A DNA stretch of 60,091 bases, the filler included, from Dugesia japonica (lineage: Eukaryota), in NCBI GenBank assembly GCA_001938525.1. It is 4 parts of 4 records of this genome, joined end to end, with 100 filler letters (N's around TTAATTAATTAA, not from the genome) between each part and the next. Parts side by side here need not be neighbours in the genome. Positions count along the whole stretch, not along the records: positions 14,274 to 41,047 come from MQRL01608283.1; 3 more parts are not named here. One strand, given 5' to 3'. The notes under the pieces are model-generated. The model saw only the letters and a list, made by a program, of their open reading frames with translations. It did no database searches and was not told where the DNA came from. Made by a program: the position numbers and the translations under genes. Below, in pieces: positions 26,632 through 39,534 of this stretch (position 1 is its first letter; the number at the start of each line of letters is the position of its first letter).

Positions 26632-26700
26632 AAACGCAGCTCAATCGTAATGTGTTTCCGAGCCCTACGGGGGGAGGGGAGCTCGATAACTGCTTAAAAA
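26632..26700 (+). repeat. ~70-bp dispersed motif (copy 2)
   Basis: Matches 1124-1191. Confidence 0.6.
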
Positions 26701-26704
26701 TAAT

Positions 26705-26935
26705 TGTGCTCGAATTTAGGCTCATTGCAAAATTGTGCCAGTTTGTCACTATCAATCTACTGCTGCACATAAAAACTGTAATTTAAATCTAAGTATAAAA
26801 AGTTTATTTGTACCCATATATTTTCACAATGGAAGTGGATGTGATTTTCATTTAATTATCAAAGAATTAGCAAAACAAACAAGTTTATATTGTCGCGCAA
26901 ATCAAATAAAAATAATACCTAAAACTGAGATATAA
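26705..26935 (+). pseudogene. pPolB fragment (EndoVII-like/Exo II region)
   Basis: AAHKNCNL...VPIYFHNGSGCDFHLIIKEL...IKIIPKTE. Confidence 0.8.
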
Positions 26936-29582
26936 TATAAAAATGAAGAGTTTAAATATTGAGATTTTAGAAGAGAATAATTTGAACCTGTTTTATTTTG
27001 AATAAATATTATTTTAGTAATTTATATTTAACATGGCATCAGGAGCAGTATTCAGTATATTTTTATCAAATTTATTCAACATGGTTCAGAAGCTGCCAAG
27101 TTTTCATATTGGAGATGATTCTGCAAAACACCTACAAGAATTCAAGAACCACATTCTTAATTTAAAGATTGAAGATGGTAATACAAAATTAATTGTTATA
27201 CTAAAGAAGTTATGAATTCAGCTCATATCATCAATGGACAATGANNNNNNNNNNNNNNNNNNNNNNNNNNNNNNNNNNNNNNNNNNNNNNNNNNTGTTAT
27301 ACTAAAGAAGTTATGAATTCAGCTCATATCATCAATGGACAATGAGCCGTATCAAAGTTTTAAAAAAAAGCAAAAACACTGATTTTAGAGAATCACTCAG
27401 AATTCGCTCAAAATAAGTCTTTGGTCCAAGCGAGAATAAAACGACACTATTAGATTGTGTGGTAGAGTCAGATGTAATGTATTATAATTTATTATGTGAA
27501 TTGAGAAAAAGTAACAAACGGATTAAAGTTTTCCAAAGAACAGAAAGAATGTACTGTGCAAATAAATCGCCTATGAAAATCATTGGGGTTGCGAAAGTTG
27601 AATTAGTGATTAGAGAAAAAGAATTGGCACTAGAATTTAAAGTAGTGGAAAACGTTTTCCCACAGATTATCATTGGAAATAAATCGATGAAAGCACACGT
27701 TATACAGATTGTGCCACAGGATGACTGGATATATATCAGGAATCAAATTTGTATCAAAAGTTTGTGATGAAAGAACGGAAAACTAACAAGCACAAATCTT
27801 AAGAGTCACGATTCAGGTGCTACAAAAACGAGGCTCAGTATTGCTCTTTACGTATCAATTTGGACGAAACTGTAGTTTTAGAAACGAATAAATAATATTT
27901 TGGATGTGAATCAATTGACTGTGATGAATTTAAAATTAAAGAAGGAATCTTTGTAGGTTATAAAGATAAACTAGCAAATTTGGATATCTTGTCAGCTAAT
28001 TCGATAGTATCGGTTGAAAAAGACTGAAAGATTCCTATAAGACTTTACAATTTATCTGATTCTGAAAGAAAAGTTTATAAAGGCCNAAGAATGAGTAGTT
28101 TAAAAATCTGGGAAGGAAAAAAGCGAGTTCATCAGAATTGTTTATTCAGACAAATTTTTGGTGTCTCGTGTAAACGGATTGGTTGATCGAATCGAAAAAG
28201 AAAATAGCATTCCTTTAGAACATATAAAAGGCTAAGAGACTAATAATAAAATATGCTACTATATTTAGTAAATGCGACTAGGATATTGGTCAATGTAAAA
28301 AACTAAAGCATTATATTTCCACTAAAGAAGAAGCGCCGATATACGAATACCGACAGGACTTGAGGATAAAGTTGATAATTTAGTTGCAGATTTATTGAAA
28401 AAAAAGATAATCATGAAAAGGGAAAGCCTATAAAATGCACCTTTAGTGTGTATCACTAAAGCCAATGATGACATAACATTTTGTGCCGATTATTGGCAGT
28501 TAAACCTAGTCACAATCAGACCAATATATCCAATTCCAGAAACTTGTCAGCTTTTTGATGCACTGGGTGGAACAAAAATATTTAGCCTTTTAGACTTATC
28601 TAATGAATATTATAATGTCAAAGTAAATGAGGCGGATAAACAAAAAAAGGAGAGGGCAGTATGAATTTAATAGAATGCCATTTGGCCTATGTTCAGCTTC
28701 AGCAACATTTCAACGACTTATGCATCTGATATTGCAAAATGAAAATTGAGAACAAAGTCTTATTTATCTGGACGCTGTTTTGATATTTGGAAACTCTTAT
28801 GAACAACATCTCAGTCGATCGGAAGTAGTTTTACCTAGAATAGAAGAATCAGGAGTTAAATTAAAACCTTAAAAATGTAAAGGAAACATAGAATTACGGC
28901 TAAAAAGATCCAATAAAGTAGAAAAGTTCGAAATCGGTCAGAACCAGGATGTTTCTCAGATCTACATTACTTTATAGCTTTCTGTAACTATTATAGAAAA
29001 TTTATAAAAGATTTTGCGTATGTCGTTCTACCTTTAGAAACTATACTGAAACAAGACAAACAAAAAATAAATTGGAAATACAGCAAAAAACCAATAAATT
29101 GGGATGCTCAAGGAAAAGAAGCATTAAAAAAGATACAGGAACTTCTAACAACAGCTCCAGTTCTAGTTTATCCTCTAAAAGAAGGTATGTTTATATTAGA
29201 CACAGATGCAAGTCACAGTCATATTGGAGGAATCTTAAGCCAAGTTCAAAATGGAGATGNNNNNNNNNNNNNNNNNNNNNNNNNNNNNNNNNNNNNNNNN
29301 NNNNNNNNNNNNNNNNNNNNNNNNNNNNAATTATTAGCTGTCTACGTTTTTGTGAAACAATTTAGGCATTATTTATTGGGGAGAAGTTTCAAAATAAGAA
29401 CTTATCATAAAGCATTATTGTGGTTAAAAAGTTGGAAAAATCCAAATACATCACAGTATTTTACTTAGATCACAGAATTAGAGGAGTATGATTTTGATAT
29501 TAAACACCGACCTGGCCGAATACACATAAATACAGACTATATGAGCCGAACGGGACGTGAACAATGTCAACTCAGACATCAA
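26936..29582 (+). mobile_element. Decayed Gypsy element (LTR end/PBS, gag, protease, RT, RNase H)
   Basis: ...aaCA TGGCATCAGGAGC PBS-like site at ~27034; FCADYWQLN, FSLLDLSNEYY, MPFGLCSA, YLDAV, FILDTDAS, HYLLGRSF. Confidence 0.85.
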
Positions 29583-30530
29583 GAGTGTTTAAAATCTAAT
29601 TTTTTGTTATATATCGATGCAAATAATTTATATGGTCATTCAATGAGTCAAGCTTTACCTTATAGTAATTTTAAAAAAAGCGGGAGAGAAGCAATTGATT
29701 GTTTGAATCGAAATCCAATGCAGGTATTATCATTTATGTTTAACAAAGCAAACGAAATACATAATAATGAGTATAATGTTGGTCTCGCTTTTGAAGTTGA
29801 TTTACAATTTAAAGATAATGCAGCAATAATAGCTATTNGGAAATATCCAATAGCTCCCAAAAAAAAGAAAGATAAATATAAATGAATTATCTAATTATCA
29901 AATAAATTTATTAAATCAATTGGGACAAAAGTTTTTACAAACAGATAAATTGGTTTTAGATTTAAATCCAAAAAGGAATTACGTTGTATATTGGAAAAAT
30001 CTATAATATTATCTTCAAAGAGGAATGATTGTAACAAAGATTCATAATGTAGTTTCATTTAGAGAAAAACCTTGGTTGAAAGAATATATAGATTATAAAA
30101 CAAGAAAAAGAACTGTTGCTACAACTGACTTTGAGAAAGATTTAAGAGAATTGTAATTAACTCCTGAAGATTTAACTAAGCACAAAAAAGTAATTGATTA
30201 TTTTACAGATGAATTAGGAGACAAAATAATGAAAGAATTTGTGCTTTAAAATCAAAATCATATTGCTTCATAAGTGAGGATAAGAAAGAGAGAGGTAATT
30301 AAAAAGAAAATGAAAAATAAAGGAACAAGTAATAGTGTTGTTGATAAAGAAGTACATATGATTAATTATATAGACGCAATAAAGAACGGAAATTTACAAT
30401 ATAAAATTCATTTTAACATTAAATCGAGATTACAGAATGCTTATACAGTAAAAAAAATTAAATATCTTTAAATTCTTACGATGAAAAAAGATTTTATAAT
30501 AACNATATAAATAACGAACCATATTATAAT
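29583..30530 (+). pseudogene. pPolB polymerase-domain fragment
   Basis: YIDANNLYGHSMSQALP, FEVDL, YPIAP, FREKPWLKEYIDY..RKR...FEKD, LKSKSY, SYDEKRF. Confidence 0.85.
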
Positions 30531-30784
30531 TAAATTTAATTATTTAAAAATGCCTGTTTCTAATAAGAAATCATTTGTTGAAATTTATAATATCATTGCA
30601 TCAATATTTTTATTTCAACAGAATAAAATATTTTCTAACATACCAGAAATATTAAATGCTTTTACATTAGAAAAAAATTATAAAATTAAAAGAGCTTCTT
30701 ACTTTAAGTATATACAATATTTAAAATCAGCTATTTATTTATTAAAGTTTTTATATTCAACACAAAATAATGCCGGTTTAATTA

Positions 30785-31650
30785 TTAGGTTGGTAAGAAA
30801 ATAACTGCGGTTTTTAACATATAAATTTAAAAGTAAAAATCTCAGAAAACATAAAAAANNNNNNNNNNNNNNNNNNNTCCCAACGAGAAATAAGTTTGTT
30901 TATGTAAATAGAATAGAAATCCTCTATTCTGGATTCGACGATTTCGAGAAAGGCATTTTTAGCATCTTTGTCTTTATGTAAGACTTTCTTTTGAAGAAAA
31001 TTGGAGACATGATAAAAAGATGATAGTCGGTTGGCGACAGGTCTGGGAACTATAGTATATGAGGCAGACTTTCAAATCTTAAATCATTTAGTTTCTGCAG
31101 GGATAGTTTTGCGACGTGTGGACAGGCATTGTCGTGAAGAACAATGGGGTGTTTTCTGTTAACTAGTGTAGCCCACATAGATCTCAATTTGCGGTGACTT
31201 TTGTCAGTTTTTTGACAAAAGTTTTCTACCGTCATAGTTTCACCTTGATTTAAAAAGTTGTAATGAACCAGACCGGTTGTGGACCACCAAACCGTCATCA
31301 TTGTCTTCTTTTGATGCAATTTTGGCTTTGGATAATAATATGATGCCTTGCCTTTGTCCAACCATTGCGATGCCCGCTTTCTATTGTCGTATACAATCCC
31401 TTTTTTGTCGCAAGTCATAATGCAATCAAGAAATGGATTGGTTTTATTTCTAAACAGATTCACGGAGCCGATCTCGTAATGGCGGTTTTTCTGAAAACTG
31501 TTCAATTCATGTGGAACGCATTTATCGAGCTTCCATACTTTTCCAAGTTGATGGAGGTGGTATAAAGCTGCCACATGACCTACGCCTAAATTCTTCACCA
31601 GCTTCCAAGTTGTTGCGCGTGGACCGGCTTCGATCATTACCTTCAAATTT
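30785..31650 (-). mobile_element. Mariner (DD34D) transposon 3' portion with one TIR
   Basis: TA followed by ttaggttggtaagaaaataactgcggttttt TIR (Hsmar1-like); VPHEL, TCDKKGIVYDN, HDNACPH, PDLSPTDYHLF. Confidence 0.9.
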
Positions 31651-31959
31651 TAATAAAAATTATTTAGAAAAAATTAAAAATAAATGAATACTCAAGATAA
31701 ATACTCAAATAGCTAAAATCTGAACAAAGTCGAGATGAATTAAGTATCCCAAAAATTCGAGTATTGTTTATTATAGTAAAAGTAGTATAAATAATTATAT
31801 AAATAAAAGAAACGAAGATAAACGAATAGATGAGAACAAGGATGTAAAATAAAATTTTTACAGATTTTTAAAGAAAAAATTGATTAAAGGCCAACCAGAG
31901 ATGATCAATGACATAAATTTAGAAGATGACAGTGAAATTCTATAAATAGAAGAGATGAA

Positions 31960-32995
31960 ACGACAAGAGATAAGTTATGACCAGATGCAAGCTAGACCAA
32001 GTTTAACGGTTAAAATATAAGGGGTAAAAGTCGATTGCTTGTTAGACACTGGAGCCAGAGTTAATGTAATAAGTTTGAGAATATTGGAAAAATCGAGAAA
32101 AGTCAATATATTAAAATGTTAAGACAATTTAAGATTTGCAAATAAAAATATTGATTAACAAGCAAAATGAGAATTTAAAGAAAGTTATAATGATTTATAA
32201 AAGAAATATTCATGGTAGACAATTGGGATATTGGCAGAACAACAATGACAGAAAATCAAATAATCAGTAATGGAAAACCAAAAAATAGAAACCAATGCAT
32301 TTAGAGAATAAGATCAATGAAGCTATCAAGATTTTCTTTGACAATGGCATTATTAGGAAGTGTAATTTACAATGGAACACTCCATTAATATGTGTATGGA
32401 AAAAAAGAAAAGACAGACGTTATATAATGTCTAGATTTAAGAAAACTGAATGTAATCACAAAACGAGAGGCATGTCCAATGTAGAGGAAATACTAGACAA
32501 TTTGAGTGGTGCAATATATGGTGCAACTATCAAGCTCTGTTACATAAAGATTCACGAGAGAAAACAGGATTTTCTACGAAAAATGAACAGTATTGTTTTA
32601 CAAGAATGCCCTTTGGTATAGTTACAGCACCTTGAACGTTTCAAGAATTAATGAGAAAATTATTAGGAGGCTTGAGAGGAACGATGGTATGCATGGATGA
32701 TATATTGATTTCGGAAGACATATTATTGTAAAGAACTTGAGAAGCTTTTTAAGAATATGCAATTGCTATAGACTGTTTATCAATAATTACTCAAAGAGAG
32801 CTAGAAGCTTAGAAGAGCTATGTGTAAGTAATAATAAAAAACTTGTGTGGTCTGAAAGTTGCGATAAAGCTTTTAATGAGATGAAAATGGAATTAACAAA
32901 AGAAACGATATTGAGTTTTCCAGATATTAAAAAATGTTTGTACAAGATACATATGAGAGTTTTGATGCCATTGGAGCAGTTTTATTGCAAGTAAA
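31960..32995 (+). pseudogene. Gypsy protease-RT-RNase H fragment
   Basis: CLLDTGARVN, WNTPL, MPFGIVTAP, CMDDILI, LRSFLRICNCYR. Confidence 0.85.
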
Positions 32996-33404
32996 TAGAT
33001 AGTAGCAGAGTCGATCATCCTCCACCCGTTGACGCAATTAGATTATGACATAAGTGATCCAGTATTTTTCTAATTTAAATGTATTTTTGTTTTTTCATGT
33101 GTATTTAATTTAGAAAATTTTTTAAGGCTTTTTANNNNNNNNNNNNNNNNNNNNNNNNNNNNNNNNNNNNNNNNNNNNNNNNNNNNNNNNNNNNNNNNNN
33201 NNNNTGGTTCAGGTGAATTCGATCGAATATTTCCTTAAAAATGGTTAATTTAGTTTACTGGACAATTTAGTCAATTATTTAACCAATTTAGGTAATATTG
33301 GTCAATTATTTACTCGTGGTGGTTAGTTTTTGATGGTTTTTCGCTGGTTATGGCCAATCATTTACTCATAATGGACAGTTTTAAGTGAATTTTAATTACT
33401 AAAG

Positions 33405-33548
33405 GAAATATCATTATAAATAGGGATAAAAGACGTTAAACATTTTTATTAATGAAATAAAATTAAAAACAAGTACTTATTATCAGTTGTTATCATGAAT
33501 AATTGTAATCTCTAATGAGAATTTTCTTTAAATAAAATTACCTCAAAT
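33405..33548. repeat. ~143-bp inverted repeat, left arm (partner 34966-35108)
   Basis: Near-perfect reverse complement of 34966-35108. Confidence 0.85.
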
Positions 33549-33589
33549 AAAGTAACTCAAATTTGACTTGATAATCCTTTCAATTCTAA

Positions 33590-34495
33590 ATACTAATGGT
33601 TTTGGAATCACTTTTAATTCCTGTTCATAGAAATTTTCTTGAATGATGTTTTCTTCATAGTCTTTAATTACGTACATGAATGGATATTGTTTTGTGTTGA
33701 TTTTTGATATTTGAAACACTTCATCGCTCCAATTATTATTGAAATTCTTGATTGAATGGAGAAACTGATATCTTTGAGATTTTATTTTTTGGCCTTTTCA
33801 ATGTTTTTGGTTGCTAACGAGATAACCATAAATTTATTTGATTATTTGATGCCACATCAACTGATCTTGTACCTTTTAAGCTTTTGTGTGATGTATGATT
33901 ATAACTATGAATTAGTTTTGGTAATACATGAATCCAGGTTTTATTACCAGTATGTACAAAATACTTTTCAATGCGTCTCTCAATGTACGATTAAATCTTT
34001 CAACATGTGCTGCTTTGTATTGTGAAAATACCGAATAATGGTTTATTTTAAGATGAGAAATAACATTTATTGACTTTCGAGTTGTAAAATTCCTTTCCTA
34101 AATTAGTTTGCAAATTATCAGGATGTCCTTCTTGAAACATTAATTTGATTACAGTTTCCATTTCATCGGAAGATTTAGTTTTAACTGGAATAGCTCTTGC
34201 AAATCTGCTAAATACATCGATACATGTCAAAATGTACTTGTATCCTTTATTAATTTTTGAATATGGAATCATTTCCATCAAATCCATTTGACATAAATCA
34301 TCAATACCAGATATTTTCTATGCTCTAGTTGGAAATATTTTCAACATCGGTTTGTTTAGACTGTATGCTAACTGGTTTGATAGCCACTTTTGTGTTTTGT
34401 TTTTTGATATTTGTGCTGCTTTTCTCAACTTTTCTACGCCTTTGAATCCTTCTGGGTTTTTTGGGTTTGTCACATATTGTATTGATTTTGTCCAT
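33590..34495 (-). pseudogene. Maverick/Polinton retroviral-like (rve) integrase
   Basis: DLCQMDLMEM, YILTCIDVFSRFA, LQTNLGKEFYN, AAHVERFNRT, WSDEVF, FYEQEL. Confidence 0.9.
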
Positions 34496-34499
34496 TACA

Positions 34500-34846
34500 A
34501 CCAGCTGATGTAAATTTTATAACTAAATTGGAAAGTAAATTCATTGTTTATTGAAAATTCACTAGATCTAATGCTGCTAATGCTATTGGAAGTAAAGCAG
34601 CTAAAAAACCACCTCTTTTTTATACAACACTTTTCTCATTAATCTTTTGTTTTTCGTATTTACTATTGATAATAAGGAATTGTTGTGCTTTTTCAATACT
34701 AGTGTTTTGGTTTTGCTTATATTTACATTTCCACGAACTACATTTACAATAATTTCTAGCAAATCATTAATAAAAAAAGATGGAAATGCTTGTAAAATCT
34801 TCTTTCTCGATTCCTTTGGAGACTTGAGCAATGCAGTAAAAAACAA
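34500..34846 (-). pseudogene. Polinton protein X-like ORF upstream of the integrase
   Basis: EIIVNVVRGNV..LKKH; after a frameshift, KRGG|FLAALLPIALAAL. Confidence 0.8.
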
Positions 34847-34859
34847 CTATTTTAAGTAC

Positions 34860-37140
34860 TTAATTTTTCAAGTTATTTAATCAAGGATAAAGATTGTTGA
34901 TTTTTAATTATGTTTTTCTTACTCAACATAAAATTCTCTAATGAATAGATAAAATTGATGATCAAATTTGAGGTAATTTTATTTAACGAAATTCTCATTA
35001 GAGATTACAATTATTCATGATAACAACTGATAATAAGTACTTGTTTTTAATTTTATTTCATTAATAAAAATGTTTGACGTCTTTTATCCCTATTTATAAT
35101 GATATTTCAAATTTTTTTAGATGAACAGTTCAGTGTTAAGAACTTTCAGTGGTTTGAATGACCACTTATTTTACACTTTGTTTTTCAGAATTTACGAGTC
35201 TCCTATAATGTTTGATAATTAAAAATGATGATATTTAGAATCAGCAAAACATTCTCTATCTAATAGATGTTATGATGTTTAAATTTGAGTTACTTTGTAT
35301 TTTTTCAAAAATCAATGGTTTATCATTGGATATTACAATAACTTATCTGCAACCCGTAATAAGTACTTGGTTTTTAATTTATTTCATCAATAATACAGTT
35401 TATCGATTTTTTCCTTATTATTAATGATATTTGCAAATATTTTAATCACTGTATGGTCCAGCGGTAAAAGCATCTCTTTTACAGTTCATCGGGGGTGATT
35501 CAATTCCTATTTCCTTCAAGGACCGAAAAACCATGACCAAACTGCTTCATGATCTTTTAAGTTTGGCACATACAAGAAAATGGAATACCTTGACAAAACA
35601 GAAGTGCCATCCACAGCTATCGGGGAATCTCCACTATCCACTAAACCACTGTATGATGGCTCTATTAAATTTGATCAATAGGGTTTCATACACCGAGCAA
35701 GGACAAGTACACTTTCAGTAGGTTGCAATTATTGGATGCCGTTCAAATCCTACCGGAAGTGTGGTAACCACTTGGAAACCCAAGCACATGTTTAGTGTCA
35801 TTGACCCCCTTCCTCAGCTTTTAAGTTAGGGTGACACAATGATGTGCTTGATCTACTCGCCCGGTTTATTAGAGCAAACACTTGGTTTAAAGTCATCGTC
35901 GACCTGTGACCTTGTTAACAGGACTGATCGCGTTGACTTGCAATTAATATATAGCGAGAGAAAGCGAATTATATTACTGGATGTAAAGCCTCCATATGAT
36001 ACATCCAGTTATCTAAAAATAACGAGGGACTTAAACATTGCCAAACCAGAACATGATTAAGCCTGGGGAGGATTTTCTAACCTGAAACATGGTTTTGTAT
36101 ATCGCAGCGTATCAATACGTGTAATCCTTGTCGACTTATTTTTCACTTTGTTATTTCTATAACTTTTTATCTATAATATTTGACGATTTGTAGCTATGTT
36201 TTTCTTACTCAACGTCAAATTTTCTATTGAATAGATACTCTGATGTTCAAATTCAAATTACTCTTTCCAAAATTAATAACTTCCTCGGGGACTCACAAAA
36301 TGTAGTACATGTTTTTTCAAAACCTTTTTATTTATAAGGTTTTATGATTTTAGATGATGTTTTTCTCACTGTTTGTAAACGTTTCTATCGAATAGATACT
36401 TTATTCTTTAAATTTCAGATATGTTTTCAATTTTCGAAAAAAGTTACTAAATCCGGGAGGACAGCTAAATATTTTTGTTAGAAAGCATTTTTACCGAAAC
36501 GATATTTTAACTTTGCTTAGTCACTTTTTTCCCAAATAAAATAATACTAAATTTGAAACCATACGAGTTATGTGCGCAGAGAAAATTGAGCACGAAAATT
36601 CGATATTTGCAATTTTTCACCACAAAATCCTGTTTATTTCATCTCGGATAAACTTTGGCAATTTTAGGTTTATATATTTGAAATCAGCGGAAAACTCTCT
36701 ATCTAATAGACATGATTATTTCATGTAAAGATGAGAAAAAGTTTTTCGAATAATTTTTATTTGTGAAAAATAATCTCCATCGAATTTTGCATCGATTGAT
36801 GTAAAAATCTCGACAAAAAAAATTTTCAAAAATTTTCGAAATTTCAGATGTTCTTCCGGTTTCCAATAAAAATTTGATTTAAAAATTTTAAAAATCTAAA
36901 AATTTAAACAAAAATGACCTAATTTTACCAATTTACCAAAAAAGTTTAAAATCTTTTTAAAAAACTTGAAAATTTAAACAAATTCGACTTTTATCATGAA
37001 TTTTACTAAAATTAAATCCAAACTGACCAAACCTGAAGAAATTATCACTCAAATTCCCTTAAAACTGTACCTTGTGAGTAAATAATTGATTAAATAATTG
37101 AGTAAATATTCTTAAATACTGTTAGTTTTGGTTACAAAAT
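34860..37140 (+). repeat. Non-coding dispersed repeat family with internal sub-repeats (gaatcagc..ctctatctaataga), interrupted by an RLE fragment
   Basis: Homologous blocks at 39900-40700 (inverted) and 54400-55250 (direct). Confidence 0.75.
35495..36120 (+). pseudogene. 3' fragment of an RLE-type non-LTR retrotransposon
   Basis: IHRART..L, degenerate CCHC (RKCGNHLETQAHV), HNDVL, RVDLQ...LLDVKPPYD. Confidence 0.75.
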
Positions 37141-37277
37141 TGTAAAAAGACCTTCAACTCCTATTTATTCAAGATTAAACTCCAAATTTATTGATTCTTT
37201 AAAATATAATATTATAGAGATTTAATCTATAGAGATTTTAATGGTGAAACTATTTCTTTATTAGTTCATATAAGAAA

Positions 37278-37720
37278 ATGTCCTACGTTAAGTCGTATAC
37301 AATCTTAGATTTTCTAAAAACATTTGGAATAAATACTTAAACTAATTTTGATTTGTATTCTATTGCCGATTTTTTAATTTAGAAATTGAAGTTTTAATGA
37401 AAGATAAGATTGAGTTAATTATGAAAGATAAAAAGTGGGCCCCGCGGGGCCCAATTTCCAAAATTATTAATTATCAAAATACAAATCAAAAAGTAATTCA
37501 TTGGGTTGGTTTTCATAACGGTTATTATTTTGATTCTTATGGATTAAAAAATTTCAAGAAATTGAAAAATTTGTAAATGTATATAATAAAATTCAAGGTC
37601 AACTTTTTGGAACTAGTATTTGTAGAATATTATGTTTATATTTTTTATATTCACTTTCACATCCTAACAGACCAAAAAACTTTGGAGAAATTATTAATGA
37701 ATTATATATTTCTTTAAATA
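37278..37720 (+). pseudogene. Adenain-like protease (copy B)
   Basis: IHWVG, YYFDSYG, QLFGTSIC. Confidence 0.85.
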
Positions 37721-37721
37721 A

Positions 37722-38762
37722 ATGAATAAATTTGGAGCTACTTTAAATATTCAAAATAATACAGAAATATTAAAACATGTTTCTATTAAATTAAAATTAG
37801 AATCTTTAAACAATGATAAAAGGTTTCTTAATGAAAGTGGAGATTCAATTACTTGTTTGAAAATTATTAATTAACCTAAAAATTAATTAGATGCTATTAA
37901 TTTAAAATATTTTAGTAAATTAGAAAAACAAGTTGTTGATTTATCAAAACAAGTAAATGAGCTAACGCAAATGAAGAGCAATCAAAATATTTATATTCAA
38001 ATATTTTTGGAAAATAATAACCAATGGATCAAGAGTGATTTAGTTATTAAAATAAATGAATTAAATAATTCTGTAAAGAATAATTATAATAATAATAAAA
38101 TAAATATTAGGAATAATACATTTCAAATCAACTATGAAGTTNNNNNNNNNNNNNNNNNNNNNNNNNNNNNNNNNNNNNNNNNNNNNNNNNNCATCATTAG
38201 AAAAACTTTATGAACAAGATTTATTAAAAAAGATTAAAGAAATAATTGATAATTAGTTTCCATTTCTTATGTTAAAAAATTATGGTAAGTATAATGATGT
38301 ATTAATATTTCTGTTAACAATTTTTATTATAGTAAATGAATTACCAACTTATTATGGTTTAATATCACCATTTAAAATAAAAAGAAAAGTAAGAATAGTT
38401 AATCCAGCCCCAAAAAATGATAACACAATAAAATATTATTTCCTTGAAAAACCATTAGAACTTTATTTTAGTTTAAATAGGATAAGAGATAAAGCATATT
38501 TTATCATTCAAGGATATTGTGATATTTCATTTTTTGAAATATATGTAATGATTGATAATATTCCAAAAGTATTTAAAAAACAAGAATTTACTTTTTTATA
38601 GAATACAAAGAAATTATATTAACTGACAAATATATTGTAGATAAAGTTACTTTAATTTTACCTAAAAATATTTTTATTTATAAAATTATTATTTTAAGTG
38701 ATTACTCAATTGCTAAAAAATCATTTTCTGAATTATTATTAAAACCCAAATTATTACTAAAA
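37722..38762 (+). pseudogene. Fibre-like protein (N-terminal anchor, coiled coil, beta-rich C-terminal domain)
   Basis: GDSITC...PKN.LDAINLKY, heptad region, then an aromatic beta-rich domain (ORF 38269-38601). Confidence 0.5.
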
Positions 38763-38766
38763 TAAA

Positions 38767-39460
38767 ATGGATGAGCAAATATTGGTTGAAGATTTAAATG
38801 TTAATGAGCAAATGTTGGTTTAAGGTGAAGGTCAAAAATATATATCCAAATTTAAATCCAGGTTAAGAAAAATATATTTACAAAGATCATAAATACACTA
38901 TTCAAGATCTCAAGTCTAAATAATCAAATTTAAGAATTGAAGATTTTGAATCTGATTTATATTTTATTGATGATAAAATTAAAACATAATAAAAAGATTT
39001 ATAAAAGATGGTCAAGGTTAGATACTTGGATTAGATTTACAGAAATATTTAAAGGAACAATTGTTGGAATAACTGGAACAGTTTTAATTTCTTTAGGTAC
39101 TTTTGGTGTTGATGGAGTTGTTGGTGGATTAATTTCCATAATCTTAATTACACCAGTTTCCTGTATTCCTATAATTGGAACTTTAAATACATCTTTAATA
39201 AAATCAAAAAAAAGAAATATAAAAATTTAATTCATGAGTTAGAAACTGTAAAAAATAAATTATTTTTATTTCAACAAAAAGCTTTAAGTGATGACATTTT
39301 AATTGATGAAGAAATTTCATTAAGTAAGAATATGGTTAAGCAAATTAAAGATTTTATTTCACATGAAAAAATTAAAGAAGTTAAATATAATAATAATTTA
39401 TTAAAGAAACTTGAAAATCAAATTAATGAACAGAAAGTTATTAAAAAATTAAAGAAATAA
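38767..39460 (+). pseudogene. Two-TM membrane protein (copy B)
   Basis: Homologue of 42102-42758. Confidence 0.8.
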
Positions 39461-39463
39461 ATT

Positions 39464-39529
39464 TGTCGTCTGCAGACGACACTTTTTTAATTAGAGATTT
39501 TAGAATTTAGAAAGTGCGTCATGCATGAC
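39464..39529. terminator. Twin palindromes at the convergent gene junction (putative terminator)
   Basis: TGTCGTCTGCAGACGACA (39464-39481) and GTCATGCATGAC (39518-39529). Confidence 0.5.
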
Positions 39530-39534
39530 CAGTT

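Noticed and set aside
27295-27345. Direct repeat in Gypsy gag
   Set aside because: It is an exact duplication across an N gap, consistent with an assembly overlap.
37716-37724. TAAATG/TAAAATG at element start codons as poxvirus-like late promoters
   Set aside because: This is expected from AT-richness and an A-rich initiation context, so it is not distinguishable from background.
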